This document shows, piece by piece, positions 62,158 to 64,000 of a DNA stretch of 64,000 nt. The position numbers and the translations under genes are program-made. Below the pieces are notes generated by a model. It searched no databases, was not told where the DNA came from, and worked only from the letters and a program-made list of their open reading frames with translations. The stretch covers positions 1-64,000 of the forward strand of contig CAVSTP010000003.1 of NCBI GenBank assembly GCA_963730935.1, in the 5' to 3' direction. Numbering within the stretch: position 1 is the first letter of the stretch; the number at the start of each line of letters is the position of its first letter. This DNA comes from an uncultured Nitrospiraceae bacterium. Its GTDB lineage: Bacteria > Nitrospirota > Nitrospiria > Nitrospirales > Nitrospiraceae.

Positions 62158-63285
62158 ATGAAAATCGCACAGATCGCCCCTCTTTGGGAAAGCGTCCCAC
62201 CCAAGCTATACGGAGGCACGGAACGAGTCGTCTCTTATATGACGGAAGAACTCGTTCGCCAGGGTCATGACGTCACTCTGTTTGCTAGCGGGGATTCTCA
62301 AACGATGGCCCGTCTCTGGGCAGCCTGTCCCCATTCGTTCCGGTTGGTCGGAGGGCTCATCAATCGTGATGCGCCGCTGATACTCATGCAGGAACATGCC
62401 TTAGGAGTCGAAGCCGAGAGGTTCGATATCATTCATTCCCATCTGGACTTTCTGAGCTTCCCGCTCAGTCGCCGCTGTGCGACACCGGTGCTAACGACCT
62501 TGCACGGACGATTAGATCTTCCCGAATTACAGCCCATTTACCGAGAGTATGCCGACATGCCAGTTGTGTCCATTTCGAATGCGCAGCGCATGCCGTTGCC
62601 CAATGCGAACTGGCAGGGCACGGTGTATCACGGGCTGCCGGACCTCTATGCCTTTCATCCCAATTCCGGATCAGGATCCTACCTGGCCTACCTTGGGCGC
62701 ATCTGTCCGGAAAAGCGTCCCGATCATGCGATTGAAATTGCCAAACGGGTGGGCATGCCGCTCCGAATTGCCGCCAAAGTGGATCCGGTCGATCAGGAGT
62801 ATTTTGAAACGCAGATCGCACCGGCGTTGGACCACCCGCTGGTGGAGTACCTTGGAGAGATCACCGATGCAGAAAAAGGTGATTTTCTCGGAAATGCGGC
62901 CGCGGTGCTCTGCCCCTACGACTGGCCGGAACCGTTTGGGATCGTGTTGATCGAGGCGTTAGCCTGCGGGACGCCGGTGTTGGCGTATCGTCGCGGATCA
63001 ATCCCCGAGATCATCGAAGACGGCGTCACGGGATTTATCTGTGAGAACCTGGATGAGATGGTGGCGGCGGTCGACCGTTTGCCGCTCATTCAACGCCAGC
63101 AATGCCGGGACGCGTTCGAGGCCCGCTTCACAGTGAAGCGGATGGTCCAAAACTATCTCGCCCTGTACGAACGGATGGCCGCGTCTGTCAAACCCCTGGC
63201 CTACGTCAATGGTCAATCATCCCTGCTGAGTCACAGGCGAATGCCATCGACCGAACTCGTCATTCCTCAGGTCGGCACCGCCTGA
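62158..63285 (+). CDS. GT4 glycosyltransferase
   Basis: 'PPKLYGGTERVV', 'EPFGIVLIEALACGTPV'. Confidence 0.93.
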   Translation: MKIAQIAPLWESVPPKLYGGTERVVSYMTEELVRQGHDVTLFASGDSQTMARLWAACPHSFRLVGGLINRDAPLILMQEHALGVEAERFDIIHSHLDFLSFPLSRRCATPVLTTLHGRLDLPELQPIYREYADMPVVSISNAQRMPLPNANWQGTVYHGLPDLYAFHPNSGSGSYLAYLGRICPEKRPDHAIEIAKRVGMPLRIAAKVDPVDQEYFETQIAPALDHPLVEYLGEITDAEKGDFLGNAAAVLCPYDWPEPFGIVLIEALACGTPVLAYRRGSIPEIIEDGVTGFICENLDEMVAAVDRLPLIQRQQCRDAFEARFTVKRMVQNYLALYERMAASVKPLAYVNGQSSLLSHRRMPSTELVIPQVGTA

Positions 63286-63952
63286 AACACGTACATGAGG
63301 AAAGGGAAACCGAGGCCGTCTGGTATTCATCCGGAAGGATGATCTTGGACAATAATCTCATTACATGGGTTGTTCTGTGGTTCGGCCAACATCCCTTCGG
63401 TGCGGCCACGATGGTGTATGCGGCAAGCGTGTTCGGAGTGTTGTTGTATGCGTATTTCGAGCCCCGGACCTGATCTAAGCAGAGCGCCGCTCCACCTGCT
63501 GCGCTCTACACCCTAGAATTATTGCCGACCGAGAGAGGCTCTGAGGCTCTATTGTGACCATTTGTGTGACCAGAATAGGTGGAAACGCCGTTGGCGGCGC
63601 GGCAGTCATTGTTGATGAACGGACGTGCAAGAAGAATTACTTCGTGGTTGTAGCACCCTCAACCACAAATCAATCAGAAAATAAATGCTTGTGTTAATCC
63701 ATAGCTTTGTGGGCGGTTGGTGTTCTGGTCGCATTGACTCACCGCTCTTCAGACTTATTAGGTACAGGCATGGTGTTGAGCCCCGCTGACCGTTCCATTC
63801 TCTCCCGAGTCACTTACTCTTCGTAGCGCGTCTGATTCATCAGTCTCAGCCGCGTCTCCGCGGTCTGCGGATCATGGACTGGAGCACCGCTTGAGCGGTC
63901 CGTCTTAAAGGCACCGGGGAAAGATCCATCCACCTTAACCAAGGAGCACGTG

Positions 63953-64000
63953 ATGAATCAGGAACAATTCGGGCAGTTTTGGGAACAACTCAGGACTCCG
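63953..64000 (+). CDS. CsbD-like protein, 5' part (runs off window)
   Basis: RBS AAGGAG; MNQEQFGQFWEQLRTP. Confidence 0.55.
   Translation, partial: MNQEQFGQFWEQLRTP

Overview
Nitrospira-like chromosomal window, assigned from near-canonical Nitrospira-type periplasmic nitrite oxidoreductase genes. 1-9.7 kb: a CHASE3/GAF sensor kinase and a sigma-54 activator (both frameshifted), a sigma-54 promoter, and intact nxrA-nxrB. About 12.4-45 kb is the most striking part. It holds about ten co-oriented copies (3 near-perfect, the rest truncated or degenerate) of the 3' half of a tRNA-Thr(CGT) gene, and the well-preserved copies begin at the anticodon loop. They divide the region into mostly 3-5 kb units, one of them an empty 388-bp unit. 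The units carry unrelated cargo and are bounded by recurring end blocks with paired direct repeats resembling integrase arm sites. No integrase and no intact tRNA are visible in the window, so this reads as an integron-like, tRNA-anchored array of non-autonomous cassettes. Inside it are an unannotated family of five 49-70 aa paralogs with RBS-occluding leader hairpins, two further small-protein families, a five-copy non-coding element and a ~390-bp inverted duplication. 44.5-49 kb: isolated copies of core genes (YfhL-type ferredoxin, CpoB-like, iscU, 2-oxoacid:ferredoxin oxidoreductase beta). 49.4-64 kb: general-stress cluster (DUF1328, DUF2934, Hsp20, PRC-barrel, AI-2E, ferritin-like, katE, GT4, CsbD-like) with several decaying genes. 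All family calls are by-eye motif recognition; no database searches were run.
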